Of a DNA stretch of 64,000 bases, positions 29,653-39,831 are shown in pieces; position 1 is the first letter of the stretch; the number at the start of each line of letters is the position of its first letter. Source of the DNA: a virus; IMG/VR virus record IMGVR_UViG_3300013286_000010, positions 19,093 to 83,092 of that record; one strand, written 5' to 3'. The notes below the pieces were generated by a model that searched no databases, had not been told where the DNA came from, and was given only the letters and a program-made list of their open reading frames with translations. The position numbers were made by a program, and so were the translations under genes.

Positions 29653-31686
29653 TTATGCAACTGCTGTGCCGCCCGCTTGCTTATAAAGTGCAAGGGCAAC
29701 AGGCAATGTTTTAGGATGTTGGTTGTAAGGACTGCCTGGCAGACTAGCCCATATTTTATTTGTCCTAGAAATTGCTTTAGTAAAGTTACCTGCTTTGATA
29801 TCGTTAACTGCACCTTGCATCTGTAATAGATATATGGCTGCAAGATCTTGATTATGTGGGCTAAAATCAGACAAGTTAAGAGCCTTCTTACACATATCCC
29901 AAGTCTTTGATAAGAATTGATATGCGCCTGCTGCCGTAGAAGTTAGACCGCCACCTTTGTTAGCAATACGAGGATGGTCGGCAAAGCTAGTAAACAGTTT
30001 ACCTGTAAACATAGTCTTATATCCATCAGGACCACTAGTTCCTTCACACACTCTGATCATCCATAAAAATGCTGCTAGGTTATCATCAGCAGTATTACCA
30101 GTTGGTGTAGGAGGTGTTCCTTGAACGTTCGGTGCTTTATTAAATGCCACATTTGGCGAACCGCCTACTGAAGAATCTATTGTTGCATCTGTATTATTAG
30201 AATTAAATTTTGCAGGGTCTGTGCTTTCATGATCCGGCCATGGCTCATGTGTAGGAACACGTTTCATGATACTTATTAGATCATCAGTTTTGTATGCATT
30301 GCCATTTTCCCAGCCTGCACTAACACTCCTGTTAGGCAAACTAAATGTCTTTAATGAATTGGCAGATGCAGCAGATGTAGGAGTTGTAGCGACTGCGGCT
30401 GCTGGACCATTCATATGTATCTTTGGAGCAGTTTCTTTATAGGTACCACCTGCTTTAACATTAAACTCACCTCCAGATGTTTGATACATTATACCGCTAG
30501 ATATAACATGAACATCTGCCGACGATCCTTGATATAAAGAGCCAATAGCTGTTACATGCAGATCAGCTGCCGATGTTATTTTAGTTGTATCATCTGCATT
30601 AATATCTAGTGTTGATCCAAAATCTAACTTTCCTGCTTGAGAAGAGTTTACGGTATAGTTGCCAGTGACATCTATATGATGATCTCCGCCTACTGATATA
30701 TTAAAACTACCACCAGCTTCCATGTTGATATTTCTATCGGCTCGAAAATTGAAATCTGCTTCTGTATGAATACTAACACTGTCCGCAGCATAGATATCTA
30801 ACTTGCCTTCGCTGGTCATTTCTATCCAAGATGTTCCGCCAGCATTGGCAATGTAAATCAAATCTTTTGTATTGTGCATTAAGATTTGATGTCCGGTCCT
30901 AGTTCGTATTCTAACTAATTCATTATCTCCATTGATGTCACCGTCATCCATTACAAATGTGCTGCCACCTAATCTACTTACAGGTGCCTGTGTATTGCCC
31001 GTATATCCTATCTTACCTCGTTTGGCGCCGGCACTAGTGTCTAAAGGTCCAGGTGTACTGATACCAAATACGCTACTAGGAACTTCACGACGGGCACTAC
31101 TTGAAGTAACACCCCTAACATCATCAAGCAATAACCCTTGAGAAAGCAATCTATCCGCAAACGGATGAACTGGTTTCTTAATTGTTTTAATATTAGGTGT
31201 ATCTAATTTTTGACTTTTCTTATGTAACTCTGCACTAGGCAAATAAGATGTGCCGTATTTCTTTTTTTGTTCTTGAGTAGCCTCAATACTGTCTGTAGCA
31301 GCGATACCTGGAACCATTTGATTTTGAAAAATGTCAGGGACACATCCAATCCAATAACATTGATTAGGATCACCGTCAACAAATATAACCAGTACTGTTG
31401 TTCCTACATCTGGCGGTACCATCCACATGCCATATGATTTCTGTACGTCATTAAACTCGCCTGGATTATTTCCCTCGTATCTAACAGAGGTTGCTCCGTA
31501 GAATGGGCTTAAATATCTAGCAACATAGGTGTTACCTTGTAACACCACTGAACTAGGAACACCTTTAGACAATACTACTTCCACTCCGCCCATGTAAGTA
31601 GGATCTAAATGATTAGTTATTTCAGCAAGGTACGGACCCGGAGCAGGCAGCTTACCTTTTCGACGCTGTTCAAATCCTGATGACAT
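29653..31686 (-). CDS. Baseplate central spike (gp5/VgrG-like) with C-terminal lambda-R-like lysozyme
   Basis: OB fold (DP.YMG...GMWMVPPDVGTTVLV.F.DGD), beta-helix repeats, PTHEPWPDH, then AFLWMIRVCEGT...DHP...STAAGAYQFL...DFSP..QD...WASLPG. Confidence 0.85.
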   Translation of the reverse strand: MSSGFEQRRKGKLPAPGPYLAEITNHLDPTYMGGVEVVLSKGVPSSVVLQGNTYVARYLSPFYGATSVRYEGNNPGEFNDVQKSYGMWMVPPDVGTTVLVIFVDGDPNQCYWIGCVPDIFQNQMVPGIAATDSIEATQEQKKKYGTSYLPSAELHKKSQKLDTPNIKTIKKPVHPFADRLLSQGLLLDDVRGVTSSSARREVPSSVFGISTPGPLDTSAGAKRGKIGYTGNTQAPVSRLGGSTFVMDDGDINGDNELVRIRTRTGHQILMHNTKDLIYIANAGGTSWIEMTSEGKLDIYAADSVSIHTEADFNFRADRNINMEAGGSFNISVGGDHHIDVTGNYTVNSSQAGKLDFGSTLDINADDTTKITSAADLHVTAIGSLYQGSSADVHVISSGIMYQTSGGEFNVKAGGTYKETAPKIHMNGPAAAVATTPTSAASANSLKTFSLPNRSVSAGWENGNAYKTDDLISIMKRVPTHEPWPDHESTDPAKFNSNNTDATIDSSVGGSPNVAFNKAPNVQGTPPTPTGNTADDNLAAFLWMIRVCEGTSGPDGYKTMFTGKLFTSFADHPRIANKGGGLTSTAAGAYQFLSKTWDMCKKALNLSDFSPHNQDLAAIYLLQMQGAVNDIKAGNFTKAISRTNKIWASLPGSPYNQHPKTLPVALALYKQAGGTAVA

Positions 31687-31687
31687 A

Positions 31688-33979
31688 TTATCCTTGTAAC
31701 GTTAATTTAGCAAGTGGACTAAACTTACTGGCAACTGAAGATGCATCTGTAACAACCGCAGGCAGATTAAAAGACGGCACAGCAGGCAAAGATGCACTAA
31801 CTGCTTGATCGTTTTTATCTGGTGAAGTTTTCACTGCATCGGCAGGTTTATCTTCAACTACATTACCACCACCTGCATCAATTTGTCCAGGTATCCTTGC
31901 TATGCTCAATGTCTGCTTAAACTGTCCGTCTTTAAACGAACTTCGTGCAGATAGAACATGATAAACTCCACCAAACGGTACTTTACCATCTTGGAAATAC
32001 ATTAATCCGCCCGATTCAAAAGTTCCTATATCTATAGGATTTCTAAAAGTAATGGTGATGAATACACTTCCATAATGTTGAGTCGCTTCGCCGTTTACAG
32101 TTATTCCTCTGCTCTTGGGTTTAGGATTAGTATTACCAATTCCACCCGTAGCTATATAAAAAGGATCGCCTAGTATGGTTATTTCTCCAGTGATCAATGA
32201 GGCATTTGAATTAATAATTGCTTCGTGCATACTTTTGGCAAGAATGCTATACGGATCATCTAATGGTTGCCCCGCAGACCCTCCGGATTTTTCTGACATC
32301 TCGCCTGCATTTGATGCCGGTAATGTTAATCCTCCAGAAGTTTCACTAATTGCTGTACGAGTTATCCTTTGATCCGATGTTTCTAATTTTGGATCAACGG
32401 TATTACTATTACCAAGTGCTGTTTTTGATCCGGGAATATCATTATTACCCATGGCTCTTGGGATAGCTTCAAAATATAATGTATTAAAATTTAAATTAAA
32501 ATCTATTATATCTAAATTTTTTCCTGTATAGATATAATTATAATCTCGCAAACTTAACAATTTTAATTTTGCAGCGTCTATGGTATCTGTTGCAAATGCC
32601 GGAATTGTAGTATGATAGACTTTATATTTTGTAACAACATAGGTAAACTTTTGATAAGGTCTGCGAGAAATCTTATCAATCACTTCTGAATTTTCAACAT
32701 TCAGTGTTATTAGAAAATAATCCACCATTCCATATGCATCAGGATTTGTTCCCTTACCCATACTACTGTAAATATCTCTAATGTACTTGCTGTCTCTTAT
32801 CAATGAAGAAATACAATCATGAATATTTGCTCCGTTGGCAAATTGTACTGTAGAGGTCCTCGGAGTATATGCTACACCCGAAGGTGCTGTTCCTTCAGTA
32901 GGAGGTTTTGTTGCGGCATCGGCATGTAATGCATTTTCTTTTGTAGTAGTAGCCGGATCATCAAACTTATAAAGTTGATTATCTTTAAGTAATTCAACTA
33001 CATCTGATTTTGCAATTTCATTATCGGGATTATTCAAATCAAACCCTGTAGTTTCAGACCAACTGGGGAATTTTATTTCATATGTGTCATGTTCATTTGA
33101 TGAAAGATCGGTTCTAGATGCCTTATCTGCTTCAGCAACTTGTTCAGTAATTTTCTTCATCAAATCTGTTAAAATTTCTTTAACTGTTTTACCTGACATA
33201 TTTGCAGGTTGTTTTAATATATTAGATTGACCGTAACCCTTTTGAGCAAATGGTAGACCAGAACATCTATATCTAGTTCCTTTTTCGGTCACTGACACTT
33301 CTAAACCAGAGAATCCAAATACAAAATATCTAGTACCGCCTTCAACAATTTCTGGATCAGTGAATGTATCACTATCAGAATATCCAACAAATTCCATTTT
33401 TAAAATAAAACTTGCCGACGAGTATGTAATATATCCTGCAGCCACCGCAGACACGTGCAATGCTTCAATAAATCCATTAATACTGTAGGGTTCTATTACT
33501 TCAAATTTTATACTGGTAGGAAGAGTTGTGCCGCTAGTTTTAGAAAATGCCATTGTTGCATCAATGTCGACATTGTCAATAAACAAATCAAATCTGCCAG
33601 GGCTCTTTTCGTTAAAATCACTTACTAACTTTTTAACAGATGGAGAAGCTTGAACAATATCTGTAGTGACTCCAGAGACTTCACCATTGTTTTCGTATTG
33701 AGTAGTAGTTTTAGTTGCACTAACTGTTGTTATACCAGAAGTACCTTTACCACCTGTTTTAGCAATGACAAAATTTAATGCACTGTTTTCATATTTTTTA
33801 GGATTATTAACATCAGCTTTATTCAATGCTGCTAATGTAAAATTATATGTATAAGACCTATAGTTGTTTAATACATTCTGCACGCCAGATGATACAACTT
33901 TAGGCGGAACTTTAGGTAATACAGTCTTACGAGTAGTATCCTCGTATACTCCGGCTTGTACGTCAATTCTTCCGCCCAT
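31688..33979 (-). CDS. Putative baseplate hub protein (gp27-like)
   Basis: 763 aa between gp53 and gp5, with C-terminal I.GDP...G.Y.V....S.F.DG.F.Q.L motif. Confidence 0.6.
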   Translation of the reverse strand: MGGRIDVQAGVYEDTTRKTVLPKVPPKVVSSGVQNVLNNYRSYTYNFTLAALNKADVNNPKKYENSALNFVIAKTGGKGTSGITTVSATKTTTQYENNGEVSGVTTDIVQASPSVKKLVSDFNEKSPGRFDLFIDNVDIDATMAFSKTSGTTLPTSIKFEVIEPYSINGFIEALHVSAVAAGYITYSSASFILKMEFVGYSDSDTFTDPEIVEGGTRYFVFGFSGLEVSVTEKGTRYRCSGLPFAQKGYGQSNILKQPANMSGKTVKEILTDLMKKITEQVAEADKASRTDLSSNEHDTYEIKFPSWSETTGFDLNNPDNEIAKSDVVELLKDNQLYKFDDPATTTKENALHADAATKPPTEGTAPSGVAYTPRTSTVQFANGANIHDCISSLIRDSKYIRDIYSSMGKGTNPDAYGMVDYFLITLNVENSEVIDKISRRPYQKFTYVVTKYKVYHTTIPAFATDTIDAAKLKLLSLRDYNYIYTGKNLDIIDFNLNFNTLYFEAIPRAMGNNDIPGSKTALGNSNTVDPKLETSDQRITRTAISETSGGLTLPASNAGEMSEKSGGSAGQPLDDPYSILAKSMHEAIINSNASLITGEITILGDPFYIATGGIGNTNPKPKSRGITVNGEATQHYGSVFITITFRNPIDIGTFESGGLMYFQDGKVPFGGVYHVLSARSSFKDGQFKQTLSIARIPGQIDAGGGNVVEDKPADAVKTSPDKNDQAVSASLPAVPSFNLPAVVTDASSVASKFSPLAKLTLQG

Positions 33980-33980
33980 T

Positions 33981-34283
33981 TTATAATCCTAATGCAGTAT
34001 TGATAGTAGTAATTTTAGGGAGATAAATTTTAACTCCTGCAATTAGATCAAATGTAGGATCTTTAATTATAGATTTATTCCTAATGGCAAATACCCACCA
34101 TAGATTAACATCCCCATACAAATCGTATGCTAATAGGTCTGGTCTATTTTCATATGTACTTGTAACTTCAAACAAGATATCATCAGTTTCTGCAGGGATA
34201 TCTCTAAAACTCATAACATCCAGATACCCATTTTCGAGACTGGTAGAATAATAGGGACTTTTTTTACTGTAAGTTGCGACCAT
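33981..34283 (-). CDS. Baseplate wedge protein, gp53-like (LysM-like)
   Basis: RPDLLAYDLYGDVNLWWVFAIRN motif. Confidence 0.85.
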   Translation of the reverse strand: MVATYSKKSPYYSTSLENGYLDVMSFRDIPAETDDILFEVTSTYENRPDLLAYDLYGDVNLWWVFAIRNKSIIKDPTFDLIAGVKIYLPKITTINTALGL

Positions 34284-35029
34284 TATAATATTCCTGATTT
34301 TCTAACTTTTGAATCACTTAACCAACCATTGACTGTAAACTGTTGCATCTCTGCTCTGCTGTACATAGGTACACATGTTATTGCAATAGTTGATAATACA
34401 GGAACAGAAGCTTCTCCAAATGAAGGAGTTTTAGTGGTAAAATAATCTACACCGTCCGGAAGTTCTAATCTAAAACTGCCGATTGCTACTGGCACATTAG
34501 ATAACATGTAATCTCCATATGCATCTAAACGACAAACTGGCGGAGGAGCTCCGCTATTTGGTTCGCCGCCTGATAACATTTTTGTTAATGATCTTAATAA
34601 ATGAACTGTAGCAAGATAAACTGCTGCATCTTTATCATTTTGTACTGTAAATTTTCCCGAAATGCTAATATTGCTAATGCCGCTACGTTGATAAAAATTT
34701 TGAGTAAAGTTGCTATGGATAGGAGTAGCAGTTGCATAGTCGGCTTTTTGTTCATAACTGATACTAGGAGTATAGGGGAAAATAATGCCACCTAAATTGT
34801 ATAACTCTCCTGCGGAACCTCTAGTGGTCATTCTGATATAGTTATCGGGCACTCGAATCTTAACACGAAGATCAGAAGGAGGAGTATTTCCAGATATTGA
34901 TTTAGTGTTGACTTTTGCGGCAGTAGCATAGTCAGGCATAGCACCTTTTAACAATGATCCAAGCCTGGAACTTTGAACAAAGTTTGAAACCGATGCTCCA
35001 AGATTACTGATAGGGTTAGTGAATGCCAT
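34283..35029 (-). CDS. Putative baseplate tail-tube initiator (gp48/gp54-like)
   Basis: IIFPYTPSIS...HSNF...ISISGKFT...GAPPPVCRL, positioned before gp53. Confidence 0.6.
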   Translation of the reverse strand: MAFTNPISNLGASVSNFVQSSRLGSLLKGAMPDYATAAKVNTKSISGNTPPSDLRVKIRVPDNYIRMTTRGSAGELYNLGGIIFPYTPSISYEQKADYATATPIHSNFTQNFYQRSGISNISISGKFTVQNDKDAAVYLATVHLLRSLTKMLSGGEPNSGAPPPVCRLDAYGDYMLSNVPVAIGSFRLELPDGVDYFTTKTPSFGEASVPVLSTIAITCVPMYSRAEMQQFTVNGWLSDSKVRKSGIL

Positions 35030-35047
35030 GTTTATTCCTTTATATGC

Positions 35048-35055
35048 TATTTACC
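35048..35055 (-). promoter_or_regulatory. Late promoter (GGTAAATA) for the baseplate operon
   Basis: Upstream of the AAGGA RBS and ATG 35029 on the minus strand. Confidence 0.6.
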
Positions 35056-35088
35056 AATAAATAAAATGCTAACTTAATATATAAATGG

Positions 35089-35116
35089 TTGACACTATCC
35101 AATTATATGTTATACT
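35089..35116 (+). promoter_or_regulatory. sigma70 promoter for gp55
   Basis: TTGACA, 16-bp spacer, TG-n-TATACT (extended -10). Confidence 0.75.
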
Positions 35117-35140
35117 AAAATAAGGAATAACAATAATAAG

Positions 35141-36067
35141 ATGAACCTTATACCAACAATACGAAAAGTAAAATACTTAAACAATAGAGACCTGTTAGCA
35201 GAAATACATTATAGTAAATGCAGTTTTTCAAGTTTTACACAACCTGATTACAGTCAACACGACATTATTTTATCAAGTCTCGACAAAGTTAACATTCGCA
35301 CACTAGCAGACGCTAAACGTGCCAGAGCCAAAAGAATAGGTCTTATTGCATTTGCAATAGCTCGCAACGGTGGCGATAAGAAAACCAAACTAGCAGAAGT
35401 TACTCCAGATTATACCACTGTTGCAAAAACTGATGTTATTATCCGTATAATGACATTTGATCATATTCCGCTAGCACCAGGTCGCAAGAAGACAGTCAAG
35501 AGCACAGCAGATAGCCACGAAAAAGTAAATTTTCCTCCTTTCCAGCATTGGAAGTTTGACGAAGTTACAGGTGAATTAGTATGCGTGGGTAAGAGCCATT
35601 GGAAAGGGCTACTAGATACAGGGTACTTTAGCAAGGACCACGGACGTATTACTGAAAACTTAGGTAAGATGTTTATCAAACTAAGCGAGAGATACGCACA
35701 GCGTAGCAACTGGCGTGGTTATACCTATATTGAAGAGATGCGCGGACAAGCTATCCTACAGTTAAGTCAGATCGGACTACAGTTTGACGAATCAAAATCT
35801 GAAAATCCATTTGCCTACTACACCGCAGCAGTAACAAACTCATTTACTCGTATCTTAAACATTGAGAAGAAAAGCCAAAACATCCGTGATGACTTGTTGG
35901 AAGAAGCTGGATTAACTCCTAGTTCAACAAGACAAAACGCTCACGAGTACGCAGATGAGATTGCCCGACAGGCAGTACTGTATAAAAATATGCGTATGCC
36001 CAAGAGTGAAGAAGACGTCTTCGAAGATGGAGAAGGCGATGGCGAAACTGACGAAACTAATCCTTGA
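35141..36067 (+). CDS. Late-transcription sigma factor, T4 gp55-like
   Basis: YLNNRDLL and LGKMFIKLSE...NWRGYTYIEEM...FDESKSENPFAYYT....NSF.RIL.IEKK. Lies upstream of gp47/gp46, as in T4-like phages. Confidence 0.85.
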   Translation: MNLIPTIRKVKYLNNRDLLAEIHYSKCSFSSFTQPDYSQHDIILSSLDKVNIRTLADAKRARAKRIGLIAFAIARNGGDKKTKLAEVTPDYTTVAKTDVIIRIMTFDHIPLAPGRKKTVKSTADSHEKVNFPPFQHWKFDEVTGELVCVGKSHWKGLLDTGYFSKDHGRITENLGKMFIKLSERYAQRSNWRGYTYIEEMRGQAILQLSQIGLQFDESKSENPFAYYTAAVTNSFTRILNIEKKSQNIRDDLLEEAGLTPSSTRQNAHEYADEIARQAVLYKNMRMPKSEEDVFEDGEGDGETDETNP

Positions 36068-36092
36068 CATTTAAAATACGTCCTGCTAAACT
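36064..36092 (+). promoter_or_regulatory. sigma70 promoter for gp47/gp46
   Basis: TTGACA, 17-bp spacer, TG-c-TAAACT. Confidence 0.7.
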
Positions 36093-36112
36093 CGTAGCTA
36101 GGAGAATAATAA

Positions 36113-37126
36113 ATGCCCTTGTTTAAAAAGGTAGCGTGTTTCACAGATATACACTTTGGTTTAAAATCAAATAGTGGAACACATTTACGAGATTGCGAAG
36201 AATTTGTAGACTGGTTTATCCAAGAAGCGCAGAAAGAGGGTTGCGAGACCTGTATCTTTCTAGGTGACTGGAGCCATAATCGAAATAGTCTAAACTTGTT
36301 TACGCTAGATAGCAGTCTACGCTGTTTAGAAAAACTAGGTGCAGCATTTGATCAGTTCTACTGGTTCCCAGGTAATCATGATCTCTTTTATAAAGACAAA
36401 CGTGATATCCATAGTAGTGCGTTTGGACGACATATCCCCGGTGTAACCGTAGTCGAAAGTATAACAACAATTGGTGATGTCACGCTTGTTCCGTGGCTTG
36501 TGGGCGACGAGTGGAAGACTTTAGGTAAGATCAAAAGCAAATATATGTTTGGGCATTTTGAATTGCCCCTGTTCTATATGAATGCCATGGTGCAAATGCC
36601 CGATCATGGTGAGTTATCCCCTGGACATTTTGTACATCAGGACTATGTGTTCAGCGGACATTTCCACAAACGCCAGAATAAAGAACGAGTATGGTATATT
36701 GGTAATGCATTTCCGCATAACTTTGCAGATACCGGCGACGATGCTCGAGGCATGATGGTCATGGAATGGGGCGGTACTCCAGAGTTTATTGATTGGCTGG
36801 ACTGCCCGAAGTATAGAACTGTTAAGCTAAGTGATCTTATCGACAAGAAAGATGAGATCATGAAATCAAAGATGCATATCAAAGTCAATTTAGATATTGA
36901 TATCAGCTTTGAAGAAGCCAACTTTATCAAAGAAACATTTATTGCAGACTATGATATCCGTGAGATCAGTCTAATTCAGGATAAAACTAACTTAGACGGA
37001 ACTATCGATGACAATCCAGATGCTACATTTGAAAGTGTTGATCAGATTGTGGCTGAACAATTGATCAATATTGAGAACGGACAGTTTGATAAGAACACAC
37101 TACTTGAAATCTATAATAATCTCTAA
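36113..37126 (+). CDS. Recombination endonuclease subunit, gp47/Mre11/SbcD-like
   Basis: Phosphoesterase motifs DIHFG, GDW, GNHD, GHFE and SGHFH. Confidence 0.93.
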   Translation: MPLFKKVACFTDIHFGLKSNSGTHLRDCEEFVDWFIQEAQKEGCETCIFLGDWSHNRNSLNLFTLDSSLRCLEKLGAAFDQFYWFPGNHDLFYKDKRDIHSSAFGRHIPGVTVVESITTIGDVTLVPWLVGDEWKTLGKIKSKYMFGHFELPLFYMNAMVQMPDHGELSPGHFVHQDYVFSGHFHKRQNKERVWYIGNAFPHNFADTGDDARGMMVMEWGGTPEFIDWLDCPKYRTVKLSDLIDKKDEIMKSKMHIKVNLDIDISFEEANFIKETFIADYDIREISLIQDKTNLDGTIDDNPDATFESVDQIVAEQLINIENGQFDKNTLLEIYNNL

Positions 37127-38907
37127 TGTTTAAACTAAAGAATATAACCGTAAAAAACTTTATGAGTGTGGGCAACCAGACTCAAGCAGTTGATTTTGAC
37201 AAACAAGCTCTAACATTAGTGCTAGGTAGTAACCACGATCTAGGTGGAGATGACACAGGTTCCCGCAACGGTACTGGTAAAACTACCATTGTCAATGCGT
37301 TAAGCTACGCGATGTACGGGCAAGCCCTAACCAACATCAAGAAAGAAAATTTGATCAATAAGACCAACGGTAAGAACATGTTGGTCACTGTTGAGTTTGA
37401 AAAGAATAGTACCAAATATCGCATCGAGCGGGGTCGTAAACCTAATGTCCTACAGTTATTTGTCAATGACAATCAATTAAAAACAGATGAACATGAAGAT
37501 GATAGTCAGGGCGATAGCCGTGAGACACAGAAGGTAATTGAGCAGATGCTGGAAATGTCGCACACAATGTTCAAACATTTGGTTGCACTAAACACTTATA
37601 CCGAACCGTTCCTGTCTATGAAAGCAGCGGATCAACGTGAGGTTATTGAACAGCTATTAGGTATTACATTACTATCGGAAAAAGCCGAAGCCCTTAAAGT
37701 ATTAGTCAAAGAAAGCAAGGATCTTATTCAAAAAGAAGAATTTAAGATTGAAGGTATTAAGGCTGCTAATGAAAATGTGCAAAAAAGTATCAACAGTTTA
37801 GAGATCAAGAGTTCTGCCTGGGAAACTAAAAAAGAAAATGATATCGAAGGGTTAGGTCGTGCTATGATGCGATTAGAAAATGTCGACATCGAAACTGAAC
37901 TAGCTGCACATCTGCAACTTAAACAATGGTCCGAGAACAATGTTAAGATTAATAACCTTAACAAACAGAAGGCTACACTAGAATCTGCGGCCATACAAGC
38001 TGAAAAAACTTTAGCCAAATATAAAAAAGAATTAGAAAGTCTAGCAAATAAAACATGTCATGCGTGTGAACAGGAGTTACACGATCATAAACATGAAGAA
38101 ATGACTACTACGGCTACACAGCACTATGACGAAGCATACGAATATTGGCAACGGATTCGTGCTCAACTTAAACAAGTAATCGAGGAAGTCACTGCAATCG
38201 GAGAACAGCCACATCGCCCGCAGACATTCTATGATACAGAAGCAGAAGCACTGGGTCACAAGAACAATTTAGACGGTCTTGAAAAGAGTTTGACTGCAAA
38301 GATTGATGAATCAAATCCTTACCAAGAACAGATAGCCGAACTTAAGAAGACTGCGATCCAAGAGATCACTTGGGATCATATCAACGAATTGACCAAATTA
38401 AAAGATCATCAAGAGTTCTTACACAAGCTATTGACCAACAAAGATAGCTTTATCCGTAAGAAGATCATTGATCAGAATTTAAGTTACTTAAACAAACGGT
38501 TAGGTTACTATATTGACAAGCTAGGGTTGCCGCATCGTGTTGTATTCCAAAACGATCTATCAGTTGAAATTACTCAACTAGGACAAGATCTAGACTTTGA
38601 TAATCTATCTCGTGGCGAGCGCAATCGTTTGATTCTATCAATGAGCTTTGCGTTCCGAGATGTTTGGGAAGGCTTATATCAAAGCATCAATTTATTGTTT
38701 ATTGACGAACTTGTGGATGCAGGTATGGATGCCGCAGGAGTAGAAAGTGCCCTAGCGGTCCTAAAAAAGATGGCACGAGAACGCAATAAGAATATATACT
38801 TAATATCACACAAGGACGAATTAATAGGTCGTGTAAACAACGTTCTAAGAGTAGTCAAAGAAAACGGTTTTACCTCCTATAGTAATGATGTAGATTATGT
38901 TGACTGA
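37126..38907 (+). CDS. Recombination ATPase subunit, gp46/Rad50/SbcC-like
   Basis: Walker A NGTGKTT, coiled coil with CHAC zinc hook, LSRGE signature, LFIDE and ISH. Confidence 0.93.
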   Translation: MFKLKNITVKNFMSVGNQTQAVDFDKQALTLVLGSNHDLGGDDTGSRNGTGKTTIVNALSYAMYGQALTNIKKENLINKTNGKNMLVTVEFEKNSTKYRIERGRKPNVLQLFVNDNQLKTDEHEDDSQGDSRETQKVIEQMLEMSHTMFKHLVALNTYTEPFLSMKAADQREVIEQLLGITLLSEKAEALKVLVKESKDLIQKEEFKIEGIKAANENVQKSINSLEIKSSAWETKKENDIEGLGRAMMRLENVDIETELAAHLQLKQWSENNVKINNLNKQKATLESAAIQAEKTLAKYKKELESLANKTCHACEQELHDHKHEEMTTTATQHYDEAYEYWQRIRAQLKQVIEEVTAIGEQPHRPQTFYDTEAEALGHKNNLDGLEKSLTAKIDESNPYQEQIAELKKTAIQEITWDHINELTKLKDHQEFLHKLLTNKDSFIRKKIIDQNLSYLNKRLGYYIDKLGLPHRVVFQNDLSVEITQLGQDLDFDNLSRGERNRLILSMSFAFRDVWEGLYQSINLLFIDELVDAGMDAAGVESALAVLKKMARERNKNIYLISHKDELIGRVNNVLRVVKENGFTSYSNDVDYVD

Positions 38908-39205
38908 AAATTTAGAACGTTATAAACAGTTATATTCAGAATATATAGAGCTGTCTATAGAACTGCATAACTATCAACAAGCGTTCCTTGCTACTCTAGG
39001 GCAAGTTCCTAGAGAGAAAGTAGGGAGCGCCTGGTATAGGATGGGCAAGTTATGTAAAGAAATGAAAAAACTTGCCCGATTAGTACACAGAGACCATTTA
39101 GCAAATAGAATAGAGCTGAAAGCAATTGCAGAAGCAGAAGCCGCTCATAGAAGAGCAAACCCAAAAAAACCGGGCCCAAAAGGTCCATGGAAACATAAAA
39201 AATGA
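38897..39205 (+). CDS. Hypothetical basic helical protein, possible Hc1 paralog
   Basis: 102-aa ORF overlapping both neighbours, with a basic C-terminal tail. Confidence 0.65.
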   Translation: MLTENLERYKQLYSEYIELSIELHNYQQAFLATLGQVPREKVGSAWYRMGKLCKEMKKLARLVHRDHLANRIELKAIAEAEAAHRRANPKKPGPKGPWKHKK

Positions 39206-39399
39206 ACGATACAAATACACAACTACAACAACAATTTGCAGAATTCCTAGCCGAAGATGCAAAATTTACAGCAGGTAATGCTGCCGCAGGCACACGCTCA
39301 CGCAAGGCTCTAGGAGAGTTAGGCAAGTTAGTCAAAGCTCGCCGTAATGAAATCACTGCCGAGAAGAACGCTCGCAAGGAAGCTAAGGCCGTAAAGTAA
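39202..39399 (+). CDS. Histone H1-like Hc1-family small protein
   Basis: KF..GN.AAGTRSRKAL.EL.KL.K..R.EI motif. Confidence 0.75.
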   Translation: MNDTNTQLQQQFAEFLAEDAKFTAGNAAAGTRSRKALGELGKLVKARRNEITAEKNARKEAKAVK

Positions 39400-39402
39400 T
39401 TA

Positions 39403-39831
39403 ATGATTTGGACTTATCAAGGTCAAGTTGTAAATGAATTACCCGAGGATTGTGTGGGATATGTTTATTGCATAACCAATTTAATCACCGGGCGCCAATA
39501 TATTGGCAAAAAATTAGCAAAATTCTCTAAAACGACCTACAAGACAATCACGTTAAAGAACGGCACAAAAAAGAAAAAGAAAATCAGATCTAAAATAGAT
39601 TCAGATTGGAAAGAATATTGGGGTAGTAGCCCCAATCTTCAGGCAGATATAGACACCCTAGGCAAAGAAAAATTCTCTCGCGAAATATTATATTATTGTA
39701 AAAGTAAAAGTGAATGTACCTATATAGAAGCAAGAACCCAGTTCGAAAGAAAAGTATTAGAATCAGACGATTATTATAATGGGCAGATAAGTTGCAGGAT
39801 ACACCAGTCACATATCAAAGGCAAGATATGA
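39403..39831 (+). CDS. Stand-alone GIY-YIG domain nuclease
   Basis: GYVYCITN..TGRQYIGKK, Y.GSS, FSREIL, conserved E (YIEAR) and YYN. Confidence 0.85.
   Translation: MIWTYQGQVVNELPEDCVGYVYCITNLITGRQYIGKKLAKFSKTTYKTITLKNGTKKKKKIRSKIDSDWKEYWGSSPNLQADIDTLGKEKFSREILYYCKSKSECTYIEARTQFERKVLESDDYYNGQISCRIHQSHIKGKI

Noticed and set aside
39403-39831. Mobile intron-encoded homing endonuclease
   Set aside because: The gene is free-standing, has no recognisable DNA-binding extension, and the flanking genes are uninterrupted.
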